A stretch of 64,000 nucleotides of DNA from Vulcanimicrobiota bacterium (lineage in GTDB: Bacteria > Vulcanimicrobiota > Vulcanimicrobiia > Eremiobacterales > Eremiobacteraceae). The stretch lies in the NCBI GenBank assembly GCA_963805945.1, contig CAWDVP010000001.1:128001-192000 (forward strand). Reading direction: 5' to 3'. This document shows, piece after piece, positions 31,664 through 41,268 of the stretch. A program made the position numbers and the translations under genes. The stretch's first letter is position 1, and each line of letters starts with the position of its first letter. Under the pieces are notes generated by a model. That model was not told the DNA's origin, ran no database searches, and worked only from the letters and a program-made list of their open reading frames with translations.

Positions 31664-32383
31664 TTACGATCCGGGCGAGCCCGACGGCCGCGGCGCGGGC
31701 GGCGGTTGCTTGCCTGTCGCCGAGCGCGGGGTGTACAGCTCGGTGGGGATGGGCGCGCCGGTGTTGTGGAAGTGCAGCATCTCCGCCAGCTTGTTGGCCG
31801 CGACGATCATCTCTTGGTTGTACGCCTTGATGCGCGCCTTGAAGTAGTTGAAGAACACCACCGCGACGACCGCGACGATGAGGCCGGCGGCGGTCGTGAA
31901 GAGCGCGAGCGAGACGCCGGCCGCGACGACCGCGGGCGTCGAATTGCCCTTGAGCGCGATGTCTTGGAAGGCGCGGATGATGCCGAGCACCGTGCCGAAC
32001 AGGCCGACGAACGGCGCGATGACCGCGACCGTGCCGATGATCGACAGATTCGCCTCGAGCGAGTTCAACTGCTCGAGCAAGCCGATCGACAGCGCGTCGC
32101 TGATGTCGGCGCGGCTCTTCTCATGCCGGTATAGTCCGAACTGCAATATCTTCGGCAACATGCCCGGCTTGCGATCGCAGACGGCGATCGCGCCGGCCAT
32201 ATCGTCGCGCGCGACCCGGTCGCCGATCTCCTTGAGCAGCGCGTTCGGGTCGGTGTGCTGCCGCGAGAAGAAGAACAACCGTTCGAACACGATGCCGATC
32301 GAGACGATCGACATGCCGAGCAGAATCCACATCGTGGCTCCGCCTACGTTGATGAAGTCGAGAAAGGCTTGAAATGGATTCAT
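31664..32383 (-). CDS. exbB: ExbB/TolQ/MotA proton channel protein
   Basis: 'APFVGLFGTVLGII.AF', 'TTAAGL.VA'. Confidence 0.92.
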   Translation of the reverse strand: MNPFQAFLDFINVGGATMWILLGMSIVSIGIVFERLFFFSRQHTDPNALLKEIGDRVARDDMAGAIAVCDRKPGMLPKILQFGLYRHEKSRADISDALSIGLLEQLNSLEANLSIIGTVAVIAPFVGLFGTVLGIIRAFQDIALKGNSTPAVVAAGVSLALFTTAAGLIVAVVAVVFFNYFKARIKAYNQEMIVAANKLAEMLHFHNTGAPIPTELYTPRSATGKQPPPAPRPSGSPGS

Positions 32384-32610
32384 GGACGCTATCCCCTTAT
32401 AGCCGACGATTTTGCCGCTGAAAGCATTGCGTTGACGTGCACGACACGCCTAAAAATGCAGAAGGCGGGCGGTGGCCCGACCGTCGTCACCGCGTTCGAT
32501 TATACGGCGTCCCGCTTCCTTCCTATCGAACGTCTGTAGCGGGTGGGCCGACCTGAAGGTCGGCCCCTACACCGGTCGTTCGCGGATGTAGTGCCCGAGC
32601 GAAGCTCGGC

Positions 32611-34218
32611 TTAAGGTTTGTAGCCCGGAATGTCGGAGTTGTTGAGCGCCTTATAGTTGGAATTCACCGAGGACATGCCGGCCGGGTTGTTCTGGGCCTT
32701 GAAGAGATCGAACGCCTTGCGGAGCGCGGTGTTCGCGTCGTCCTTCTTCCCTTGCCGCGCGTATGCGACGCCGAGGTCGAACCAGCCGTTCGGGTAATTC
32801 GGGTCGGCGGTGGTGGCCGCCGTCGAGTACTTGATGATGTCGTTGATCGGATCCGCTCCCTTGCCGCCGGGCAGGGAGAGCAAGATGACCGCGATGGTGG
32901 CGTTGTAGGGGGCCGCGTTCTTGGGCGACGCCGCGATCGCTTGCGCGAGCGCAGCGCTCGTGCCGGGCAGATCGTTCTGCGCGGCGGCGATCTGGGCCGC
33001 GCCGAACAGCGCGTTGGCGTTGTGCGGATCGAGCGCGAGGGCCCTGTCATAGGCGGCTTTGGCCTTGGGGAAGTCCTTCTTCTGCACGTAGATATCGCCG
33101 ATGTCCACCTGCACCGCCGCATCGGTCGGGGACACCTGCGCGAGCTGCTGGAGCGGCACGAGCGCCGCATCGAGCTTGTCGTTGCGGATGTAGTAGCTCG
33201 CGAGCGCTTGGTAGCCGACCGGGCTGTTCGGCGCTATCTTCTCCGCTTGATTGATGGCCGCGATGCCCTCAGCCTCTTGATTCGTGCTCAGCAGCGAGAC
33301 GCCCATATCCGCGTAGATGCGGGCGGTCACGTTCGCCGACTTCTTGTCGTCGAGCTGCTGCGCGGTCTTGAACGCGGCGATCGCGCCGGTGTTGTCGCCG
33401 GTCCCCTGGAGCGCCTCGCCCAACTCGATCTGGTACTGCACCTGTTTGGGGTCGAGCTTGACCGCCTTTTGCGCATACGGCAGCGCGTCGGCAGCTTTTT
33501 GCACCTGGAGGAGCGCGAACGCGTAGCGCCCGTAGGCCAGCGCAGCACCGGTAAGCGTCGTGGAATCAGGCTTGGGGTCGATCGCGAACGCTTTGTCGTA
33601 GGCAAGCGCCCCCGACTTGAACTTGTCGTCGCTCTTGTTCTGGATGCCGTCGGAGTAGTACGCGAAGCCGAGCAACGACCAGAACTTGGCGTTGTTCGGG
33701 TCGAGCTGCGTGCCCTTGACCAGCACGTCTTCGGCCTGAGCGTATTGTCCCTTGTTGATGAGCACAGTGGCCAGCGTCTTACGCGTGCCCGCATCGCTGG
33801 GATTGGCGGAAAGCTTCGCCTCGAGATCGCTCTGGCTGCTCTCGCCCTCGGCCAGCCCCTGCAGCGTGAACCTATAGGTGATGTCGAAGAAGGCGAGCGT
33901 CGGGCTGCCGTTGCTGTACGCAGGCCGGTAGGTCGATTTCTTCACGGCATCGAGCACGGCGTCGTCGAGATCCTTGTGGCCCGACGATTTGAAGATGCTG
34001 AAGCTGGTCGCTTCGCCGGTCTTCTGCACGAGCACTTTGACCTTGACCTCGCCCACCTCGCCGGCTGTCCGCGCAGCGTCCGGATACTGAGGCTTGACCT
34101 GATTGATGAACCGGGGCGGCACGAATCCAGCCGGGTCGGCATTGACGGCTACGGCGCCGGCGATCATGGTGGCGGCCGCGATCATGACGGCTGCGAGGCT
34201 GCGATGCACGTTACGCAT
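32611..34218 (-). CDS. Secreted protein: TonB C-terminal domain fused to multiple TPR repeats
   Basis: Cleavable signal peptide (AVNA-D), 'PQYP..AR..G..G.V', 'SSG..DLD.A', followed by TPR helices (A...LDP motifs). Confidence 0.85.
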   Translation of the reverse strand: MRNVHRSLAAVMIAAATMIAGAVAVNADPAGFVPPRFINQVKPQYPDAARTAGEVGEVKVKVLVQKTGEATSFSIFKSSGHKDLDDAVLDAVKKSTYRPAYSNGSPTLAFFDITYRFTLQGLAEGESSQSDLEAKLSANPSDAGTRKTLATVLINKGQYAQAEDVLVKGTQLDPNNAKFWSLLGFAYYSDGIQNKSDDKFKSGALAYDKAFAIDPKPDSTTLTGAALAYGRYAFALLQVQKAADALPYAQKAVKLDPKQVQYQIELGEALQGTGDNTGAIAAFKTAQQLDDKKSANVTARIYADMGVSLLSTNQEAEGIAAINQAEKIAPNSPVGYQALASYYIRNDKLDAALVPLQQLAQVSPTDAAVQVDIGDIYVQKKDFPKAKAAYDRALALDPHNANALFGAAQIAAAQNDLPGTSAALAQAIAASPKNAAPYNATIAVILLSLPGGKGADPINDIIKYSTAATTADPNYPNGWFDLGVAYARQGKKDDANTALRKAFDLFKAQNNPAGMSSVNSNYKALNNSDIPGYKP

Positions 34219-34264
34219 GGGTCTCCTTCATCGAAGATCTGTAAAGACGGCGCGCCGCGATACG

Positions 34265-35176
34265 CTATGTGGTGCGGGCTTGGCCGCTTCTGCCCTGGGT
34301 CCCGCAAATCCGCCGTCTGGCGGCTGCCGCCGAGCGGAATATCCGCGACATTTCTCGCCTTTTGCCGCGCATCAGCGCGGCGGCGATGCTCGCGATCTCG
34401 CGCTCGAGCGCTCGCAGCGCCCGGCTCACGTCGTCTCGGTTCTCGAAGAGCGCGGCATCCCACAGCGTGAACGGAGATTCGGCGAGCCTCGTTGCGCCCT
34501 GGAAGCCCGGGCCGGCTAGCCAGCTGGTCTGCCGACCGGCGGCGTGCTCGGCGGCGAGCGCGATCGCCAGCGCCGCGAGTTGCGGCAGAGCGCTCGTCGC
34601 GGCGACCACCCGGTCATGGACTTCGGGCGCGATGCGCACCGCACGGCTGCCGAGCGTTCGTACGAAGGCTTCCGCCGCCCGCCATGCCCGTGCGCGTCCG
34701 GCTTGCGCCGGGGCGTACAGCGCGAAGGGTCTCCCTTCGAAGAGCTCCGCTGAGGCGGCCGAGGGGCCGGCGCGTTCGCTGCCGGCCATGGGATGCCCGG
34801 CTACGAACCGCGCGGCGCGCGGACGAGCGCGTAGCGCGCGTTGAGCGGCGGCGACGATCCGCTTCTTCAGGCCGCCGACATCGATGACGAGCGCACCCGG
34901 TTTCGCATGCGCGATCGCTTTGACCACCAGCCTCTCGAGCGCCGGCAGCGGCGCCGCGAGCACGATCACGTCCGCGGTGCGCACCGCGCGATCAAAGGTG
35001 GGGCACACGGTGTCGATCGCGCCACGCCGGCGAGCCGCTGCGGCATGCGCGCGGACGGGATCCCAGCCGAGGATGTTGAGGCTCGGGCGTCGCCGGCGCT
35101 TCAGCGCCAACCCGATCGACGCGCCGATGAGGCCGGTGCCGACGATCGCGATCGTCGACCGCGCCCGCGCAGTCAA
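34265..35176 (-). CDS. tyrA: Prephenate/arogenate dehydrogenase
   Basis: [16 protein letters not shown], 'HD..VA.TS.LP', TRLA.S. Confidence 0.88.
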   Translation of the reverse strand: MTARARSTIAIVGTGLIGASIGLALKRRRRPSLNILGWDPVRAHAAAARRRGAIDTVCPTFDRAVRTADVIVLAAPLPALERLVVKAIAHAKPGALVIDVGGLKKRIVAAAQRALRARPRAARFVAGHPMAGSERAGPSAASAELFEGRPFALYAPAQAGRARAWRAAEAFVRTLGSRAVRIAPEVHDRVVAATSALPQLAALAIALAAEHAAGRQTSWLAGPGFQGATRLAESPFTLWDAALFENRDDVSRALRALEREIASIAAALMRGKRREMSRIFRSAAAARRRICGTQGRSGQARTT

Positions 35177-36219
35177 ACGGTGGCGGCGACCTCTGAAGCG
35201 ACCGGCCGGCCGACCGCGCGCGCGACCGCGCGCACCCCGTCCATCATGGCCGCGAACTTGTCGAAGGTCAACGACTCGAAACCGTCCTTGAGCGCCTCTG
35301 CCGGGTTGGGATGCACTTCGATCATCAATCCATCCGCGCCGGCGGCGACGCCCGCACGCGCCATCGGCGCCACGAGCTCCCAGCGGCCGGTGCCGTGGCT
35401 CGGATCGACGATGACCGGCAGATGCGTGAGCTGTTTGAGCAGCGGCACGGCGTTGAGATCGAGCGTGTTGCGCGTCGCGGTCTCAAAGGTGCGGATCCCG
35501 CGCTCGCACAGGATGACGCCGTGGTTGCCGCCGGCGAAGATGTATTCCGCGGCGAGCAGCCACTCTTCGATCGTCGCCGAGAGACCGCGCTTGAGCATCA
35601 CCGGCTTGCGCGCCTTGGCGACCTCTTTGAGCAGCGTGAAGTTCTGCATGTTGCGCGCGCCGACTTGCAGGATGTCGGCATACGTCTCCACGAGCGGCAC
35701 GTCGCGTGGATCGAGGACCTCGGTGATGACCGGCAAGCCCGTCTCGTCGCGCGCTGCGGCGAGGATCTCCAGTCCTTCTTTACCCATGCCTTGGAACGAG
35801 TACGGCGAGGTGCTCGGCTTGTACGCGCCGCCGCGCAACAGCGTCGCGCCCGCCTCCTTGACGGCACGGGCGGTGCGCAAGAGCATGTCGCGCCCCTCGA
35901 CCGTGCACGGACCCGCCATGACGTGGAGGGCATTGCCGCCGATCTCGGCGCCGTTCGACAGCCTGATGATCGTGTCGCCTTGCGCACCCTCGCGGCTGAC
36001 GAGTTTGTACGCTTTGCTGATAGGCACCACGCGGTCGACCCATGGGATGCCCGCCAGCTGTGCCGCGAGCAGCTCCTTGTCGTCGCGCACGCCGAGCACG
36101 CCGATGATGAGACGTTCAACGCCTTTCGAGACGTTGACGCCATAGCCCATCGCGGTGATCTTCTCGACCACTTCCTGGGCTTGTGCGTCGGTCGCGCTGC
36201 GCTTGATGATGACGATCAT
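35173..36219 (-). CDS. aroF: DAHP synthase class I-beta with N-terminal ACT-like domain
   Basis: [33 protein letters not shown]. Confidence 0.95.
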   Translation of the reverse strand: MIVIIKRSATDAQAQEVVEKITAMGYGVNVSKGVERLIIGVLGVRDDKELLAAQLAGIPWVDRVVPISKAYKLVSREGAQGDTIIRLSNGAEIGGNALHVMAGPCTVEGRDMLLRTARAVKEAGATLLRGGAYKPSTSPYSFQGMGKEGLEILAAARDETGLPVITEVLDPRDVPLVETYADILQVGARNMQNFTLLKEVAKARKPVMLKRGLSATIEEWLLAAEYIFAGGNHGVILCERGIRTFETATRNTLDLNAVPLLKQLTHLPVIVDPSHGTGRWELVAPMARAGVAAGADGLMIEVHPNPAEALKDGFESLTFDKFAAMMDGVRAVARAVGRPVASEVAATV

Positions 36220-36228
36220 GCGATTCCC

Positions 36229-36624
36229 TTAAAACGTCGTTCCGGCGGTCTGCGGGTCGTCCTCACCCGCTAGATCCGGCCGCAGGGCGGTCGCGCCCTC
36301 CAGATAGATGTGTTTGATCGCCGCTTGTGTCGCACTCGAGTTGACCAGCATGAGCACGCGGATGCAGGCGCGCAATCGGTCGGGCACCGCCATCTCGTGG
36401 CCGCAGAGCAGCGGTACTTTGCTCCACCCCAAGGCGCGCGCGGCAGCGGCCGGAAACTCGGCGTTCAGGTCATCGGTGGTGGTGAAGAACACCGCCGCGA
36501 TATCCGACGCCTCCACGCGATTGGCCTCGACCATCGCGATCAGCAGGCGTTCCGACGCCGAGATGATCGCAGCAGACGAATTGGCGCCTGCCGTGATGGC
36601 GCCGCGGATGCCTCGGACTGCCAT
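36229..36624 (-). CDS. aroH: Chorismate mutase, AroH class
   Basis: VRGIRGAIT, FT.T.DL.A.FPA, CIRVL, YL.GA..LRPD. Confidence 0.95.
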   Translation of the reverse strand: MAVRGIRGAITAGANSSAAIISASERLLIAMVEANRVEASDIAAVFFTTTDDLNAEFPAAAARALGWSKVPLLCGHEMAVPDRLRACIRVLMLVNSSATQAAIKHIYLEGATALRPDLAGEDDPQTAGTTF

Positions 36625-36646
36625 GAGCCGCCTTCATTCTGTGGGC

Positions 36647-37360
36647 CTAAGTGGGTCCCTCTTTGACGGCGCGATGCAGCGCTTGAGTTTCGGCCGCCGT
36701 CAACACGCGGTGCCGTCCGGACGCCATCCCTTTCAAACCGATAGGGCCATACGAGACGCGCTCGAGACTGATGACGCGCAAGCCGTGGTGCGCGCATCGT
36801 CTGCGGATCTCGCGATTCTTGCCGGCGGTCAGCGTCATCTCGAAGCGCACGACATCGCCCGCGCGCTTTTGGATGTTTCCGGCGCCGAGCGAGTGCATCG
36901 CCGCCGCGCTCGGCACGCCCTTGACCGTGACCCTATAGCGTCGCGGCACTTCAAATGAAGGATGAGACAGCTTGCGGCTCAGCTCGCCGTCGGAGGTGCA
37001 CAGCAGCAGCCCGGTCGTCTGGGCGTCGAGGCGTCCAATCGGGAACAAACGTGGCACCTTTGTGGTGGCCGAGCGCAGCTCGGCGTTCAGGAGGTCGCCC
37101 ACGCACGGTCTTCCCCGTTCGTCATGCATCGTGGTGACCATGCCGAGCGGTTTGTTGAGCGCGATCGTCACATGCTCGCCCGCGCGCGGCCGCACCGGCT
37201 TGCCGTCGACGCGGACGTCGTCAGCCGCGGCCTCGACGCGATCGCCTGCGACCGCGCGGCGTCCGCCGATAGAAACAGCGCCGCGGGCGATGAGCTCGTC
37301 CGCGGCGCGTCTGGAAGCGATTCCCGCATCCGCGAGATACTTGTTGATCCGTATCTTCAG
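36647..37360 (-). CDS. rluB: rRNA pseudouridine synthase (RsuA/RluB family)
   Basis: In-frame upstream S4 'IRINKYLADAGIASRRAADELI', NKP.G, GRLD. Probable CTG start directly after the rho stop. Confidence 0.85.
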   Translation of the reverse strand: MKIRINKYLADAGIASRRAADELIARGAVSIGGRRAVAGDRVEAAADDVRVDGKPVRPRAGEHVTIALNKPLGMVTTMHDERGRPCVGDLLNAELRSATTKVPRLFPIGRLDAQTTGLLLCTSDGELSRKLSHPSFEVPRRYRVTVKGVPSAAAMHSLGAGNIQKRAGDVVRFEMTLTAGKNREIRRRCAHHGLRVISLERVSYGPIGLKGMASGRHRVLTAAETQALHRAVKEGPT

Positions 37361-39064
37361 CTAGCGGTCTCCGTCCGAGGCCATCGACATCGCTTCTTTG
37401 GTCACCGACTTGAGGAAGTCTTCATTGCTATCGGTGCGCCGGAAGCGCTCGAGGATGAGTTCGGTCATCTCCTGCGTGCCGAGCACCGCGGTGGCGCGGC
37501 GCAGCATGACGATCTTGCGCAGCTCGACTTCGGAGAGCAGCAGCTCCTCGTGCCGCGTGCCCGAGCGCTTGATGTCGACCGCCGGGAAGATGCGACTGTC
37601 CGCCAGCTTGCGAACGAGGTTGATCTCCATGTTGCCGGTGCCTTTGAACTCCTCGAAGATCACGTCGTCCATCTTCGAACCGGTCTCGATGAGCGCGGTC
37701 GCGATGATGGTGAGGCTGCCGCCGCCTTCGATGTTACGCGCCGCGCCGAAGAAGCGCTTCGGTTTGTGGAGCGCGCTCGTGTCGAGGCCGCCCGAGAGCG
37801 TGCGGCCGGTCGCGGGCATGACCTGGTTCCAGGCGCGCGCGAGCCGGGTGATGGAGTCGAGCAGGATGACGACGTCATGGCCGAGTTCGACGAGCCGGCG
37901 GCAGCGCTCGAGCGTGAGCTCGGAGACCGCCGTGTGGTTGTCCGGGTGCTCGTCGAACGTCGACGAGACCACTTCGCCTTCGATCGAGCGGCGCATGTCG
38001 GTGACCTCCTCGGGCCGCTCGTCGACGAGCAGCGCGAAGAGATCGACATCGGGGTGATTGGACGCGATCGCATTGGCGATCTTCTTGAGCAGCGTCGTCT
38101 TGCCGGCCTTGGGCGGCGACACGATCAAGCCGCGCTGGCCTTTGCCGATCGGGCAGAGCAGATCGAGCACGCGTCCGCACATCTCGAGCGACGACGTCTC
38201 CATCTTGAGCCGCTGCTCCGGATAGATCGGCACCAATTTGTCGAAGTGCGGACGGCCGCGGATCGCTTCGGGGTCCATGCCGTTGACCGCCTCGACTTTG
38301 AGGATGCCGTGATATTTCTCGTTGTCCTTGGGGTCGCGGATCTGCCCGGCGATGAGGTCGCCGGTGCGCAGCTCGAAGCGCCGCACCTGCGTCTGCGAGA
38401 CGTACACGTCGTGCGGGCCGGAGCGCATGTTCTCGCGGCGCAAGAAGCCGTAGCCTTCGGGCAAGATGTCGAGCACGCCGATCGCGAAATGCAGACCGGC
38501 CGCTTTGGCCTGGGCCTCGAGGATCGGGAACACGAGATCCTGTTTCTTGATGCGCTGGAGATTTTCGACGTCGAGTTTGCGCGCGAGCTCGACGAGCTCC
38601 GTGCGCGTCTTGTCCTCGAGCTCCTTGACGGAGAGGAAGTTCAGCTCTTCGCCGTCTTTGGTCTGGAAGGTCTTGGGCTGCGGTTCGACGCGTTCTTGAT
38701 ATTGGCGGACGGGGAAGACGCGCGGCTGCTGGCGGTCGTTGTTGCGGCCTCTGCCGCGATCCCGGTCGTACCGACCGCCGCGCTCCGGACGCTCTGGCCG
38801 ATCCGGCCGGTCGAGGCGCTGCTGCTCTTGCCGCTCGCCGCGATTCGCCTGCTCGACTCTATCGGCGCGGTTGCCGCGCTCGGGCCGGTCTGCGCGGTCG
38901 ACGCGATCCACTCGGTCGACGCGCTCGGGCCTCTCGGGGCGATCGATGTCGATCTCGATCTCCATCGCGCCGGGGATGGCGCGAGAGCGCTGCCGGAACG
39001 GCCGCGACACGGGGGTGACGTCTATCTCGTCGGAATTGTTGGGCTGGGAGTCGTCTTCTTGCAC
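37361..39064 (-). CDS. rho: Transcription termination factor Rho with low-complexity N-terminal extension
   Basis: GYGFLR, DVYVS, PIGKGQR, PPKAGKT, DERPEEVT, EEFKGTGNME. Confidence 0.97.
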   Translation of the reverse strand: MQEDDSQPNNSDEIDVTPVSRPFRQRSRAIPGAMEIEIDIDRPERPERVDRVDRVDRADRPERGNRADRVEQANRGERQEQQRLDRPDRPERPERGGRYDRDRGRGRNNDRQQPRVFPVRQYQERVEPQPKTFQTKDGEELNFLSVKELEDKTRTELVELARKLDVENLQRIKKQDLVFPILEAQAKAAGLHFAIGVLDILPEGYGFLRRENMRSGPHDVYVSQTQVRRFELRTGDLIAGQIRDPKDNEKYHGILKVEAVNGMDPEAIRGRPHFDKLVPIYPEQRLKMETSSLEMCGRVLDLLCPIGKGQRGLIVSPPKAGKTTLLKKIANAIASNHPDVDLFALLVDERPEEVTDMRRSIEGEVVSSTFDEHPDNHTAVSELTLERCRRLVELGHDVVILLDSITRLARAWNQVMPATGRTLSGGLDTSALHKPKRFFGAARNIEGGGSLTIIATALIETGSKMDDVIFEEFKGTGNMEINLVRKLADSRIFPAVDIKRSGTRHEELLLSEVELRKIVMLRRATAVLGTQEMTELILERFRRTDSNEDFLKSVTKEAMSMASDGDR

Positions 39065-39282
39065 GCTTTACCTACCGCCTGAATGTGAGATGTGCATAGT
39101 CATAAGGAAGCATCACGACGCCGCAATGGCGCCGAGCGCGAACGAGGTTCGATTTCGAGAGGATGATGTCGTGATAAAATACACTAACGCCGTGTGCGAC
39201 GTGGACGTTTCCTAGAGGGGGTTTTTTGAAGAGGAACAGCCGAACTTGCACCGACATAGAGCGGGGAAGCTCGTGCGCTCAA

Positions 39283-39311
39283 ACTATAGCACAGCTCGCA
39301 TGGCGCGTCAA
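39283..39311 (-). promoter_or_regulatory. sigma70-type promoter of rho with a leader of about 210 nt
   Basis: TTGACG-17 nt-TATAGT. Confidence 0.75.
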
Positions 39312-39323
39312 CGGTTTGCGGCG

Positions 39324-39985
39324 TTATTGTGCTCTCGGCCGCCGTGAGACGCTGGTGCTTAAGGGATCATAAAAGCGAAGCGGCCAGGCGGTCGCTGACG
39401 AGAGCCCCACACGCCCGGCGACCGCGATAGCATCGGTCGGCGCTCTGTCGAAAGTTATGCGCAGCGCGCCTGTTCGCAGTTCTGCTCCATCGTCTCTCAG
39501 ATCGATAGCAAATGCGCGGCACAGGTTGCCCGGCCCCGAGGCGAGGGCTTCATCTCTGAGTCGAACCCCTCTGCGCGCGCGCATCGCGGCGATGCCCTGG
39601 ATCGGCTCCACCGCCCGCACGAGCACGGCCCCTCCTATGCCCGCCGGTTCGGTGACGACGTTCAGGCAGCAGTGCACCCCATATATAAGGTAGACATACG
39701 CCGTACCCCGCCGCCCGAAGATGCTCGAGTTGCGCTGTGTCGGCCCGCGATAGCCGTGGCAGGCGGGATCCACGTATGGCAGATACGCCTCGGTCTCCAC
39801 GATGCGGCCGCCAGCATAGTGCCGGCATCGGGCTCGCCGGGCGGCACGACTCGATGGAGCGTCGCGCCGACGAGCCGGCGTGCGACCTCGATGGTCGAGC
39901 CGGCGAACGGGTCATCCGCATGTTCGACGGCACGGACGTTCGGGACTTGACTGCGACCGACCGGCGCGTGATGATTAGCCTGCAT
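39324..39985 (-). CDS. mpg: DNA-3-methyladenine glycosylase, MPG/AAG family (frameshift near 39805)
   Basis: 'VARRLVG', 'VETEAY...DPACH', 'AYVYLIYG.H.CLNVV', 'GPG.L', 'RVG'. Start uncertain. Confidence 0.88.
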
Positions 39986-41075
39986 GTTTCCTTTGAGAAT
40001 GGAGCGGTCGAGTTTACTCGACCGTCTGAGCGGTCGAATTTATTCGACCGACCATAGCCGTGTTCCGTGTCGCGGTATGTCGCTCATCGAATCCATCATC
40101 GCGATGAGCGTGTTGACGCTGCTCATCTTCATCGCGACCGACGCTGCGGTGCACACCTTGCGCGTCGCGGCGCTCTCCGGCGGACGCGCGAGCAGTGCGC
40201 GCACGGTGTCGGAACTCGCGATCCGCATGGCGGAGGAAGCGCGCAGCTCGACCGCCGTCTTCATCCCCGCGAACGATGTGCTCGGCGATGCGAACGCGGG
40301 CGCGGCCGCGCATGAAGTGGATTTCTTCCGCCGCCTTTCCGCCGGCGGCGATTCTTACGTCGCGTATCGACTCGACGCCGCAAGCAGCATCGTGACGCGC
40401 TATGAATACACGCCTGCCGCGGGTGCGGCGACGATCGTCCACGCCGATCAGCTGGCGAGCGGCATCGCCGGCTTCGCGCCCTCGCGTGCACCGGCCGGGT
40501 CGATGGACGACGTCGTGGACGCGGCAAGCGTCAGCGACGTGTCGATCTTGTATGGCGCGGCCGGGGTCGCGGGCGGCAACGACATCGTCTCGCTCACGGT
40601 GCAGGCGAAGAGCGCCGCGGGGATCACGCCCGCGCCCGTCGTCGTGCATCTGGCGTCGCGAGCAGCGCCGACGTCGCTTGCGATCCTCGCTCCGAGCAAG
40701 CCCCCTCCGGCACCCGGTGGGCCTATCACCATGCCGTTCATCATCCGCGGGGTGAAGGTCACCCCTCCGCGCGGACCTTGGCATTCGGGAGATCCTGGCG
40801 ATCCGGGCGATACTGGCTCCTCCGGAATCCACATGTCGCTATCCGGTGAGGTCCAGTTCTTCGGGCCTGGGAGCGCAGGCTTAGATTGGTTCGAACTTTC
40901 CGCCATCTCGCCGCTGGTCGAGAATGGAGCATATTCATACACTAACGCTAGCGGCGATCCCATCACCGTGGTGTTCTCATGCGGGGCGGTCCCGTGTCCC
41001 AAATTCAAGCCTTTGCCCACCTCTGGGACTCCGGCGGCCCCCTCCGGCGGCGTCGCTTTCGACGCGGCGCCGTGA
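39984..41075 (+). CDS. Prepilin-type N-terminal cleavage domain protein (minor pilin/pseudopilin-like)
   Basis: 'RG|MSLIESIIAMSVLTLLIF' class III signal (G-1, E+5). Start uncertain. Confidence 0.65.
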   Translation: MFPLRMERSSLLDRLSGRIYSTDHSRVPCRGMSLIESIIAMSVLTLLIFIATDAAVHTLRVAALSGGRASSARTVSELAIRMAEEARSSTAVFIPANDVLGDANAGAAAHEVDFFRRLSAGGDSYVAYRLDAASSIVTRYEYTPAAGAATIVHADQLASGIAGFAPSRAPAGSMDDVVDAASVSDVSILYGAAGVAGGNDIVSLTVQAKSAAGITPAPVVVHLASRAAPTSLAILAPSKPPPAPGGPITMPFIIRGVKVTPPRGPWHSGDPGDPGDTGSSGIHMSLSGEVQFFGPGSAGLDWFELSAISPLVENGAYSYTNASGDPITVVFSCGAVPCPKFKPLPTSGTPAAPSGGVAFDAAP

Positions 41076-41268
41076 CCCGTTTCCCACGCTGTCCCTGCGC
41101 AGGAAAGCCCATCCGCTGACAGAAACTTCACCGCGCCGGGACTCCTCGTAATGGATGGGCGAAAGCCCACATCCTCGTTTCTTTTGGTGTTTGGGGAACA
41201 ACCGGAAATCACGCGCCGCGCACCCGGGGGCGCACCCGTTGGGTCCTGGGTGCAGGAGGGGAAATCGT

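Noticed and set aside
14670..39082. Long plus-strand ORFs antisense to housekeeping genes (e.g. 18067..19737, 19175..20887, 32752..34470, 36962..39082)
   Set aside because: Shadow ORFs expected in high-GC coding DNA; no motifs or RBS.
40000..40050. CRISPR array from the palindromic repeats
   Set aside because: At most two adjacent copies, no regular spacers, no cas genes; better explained as REPs.
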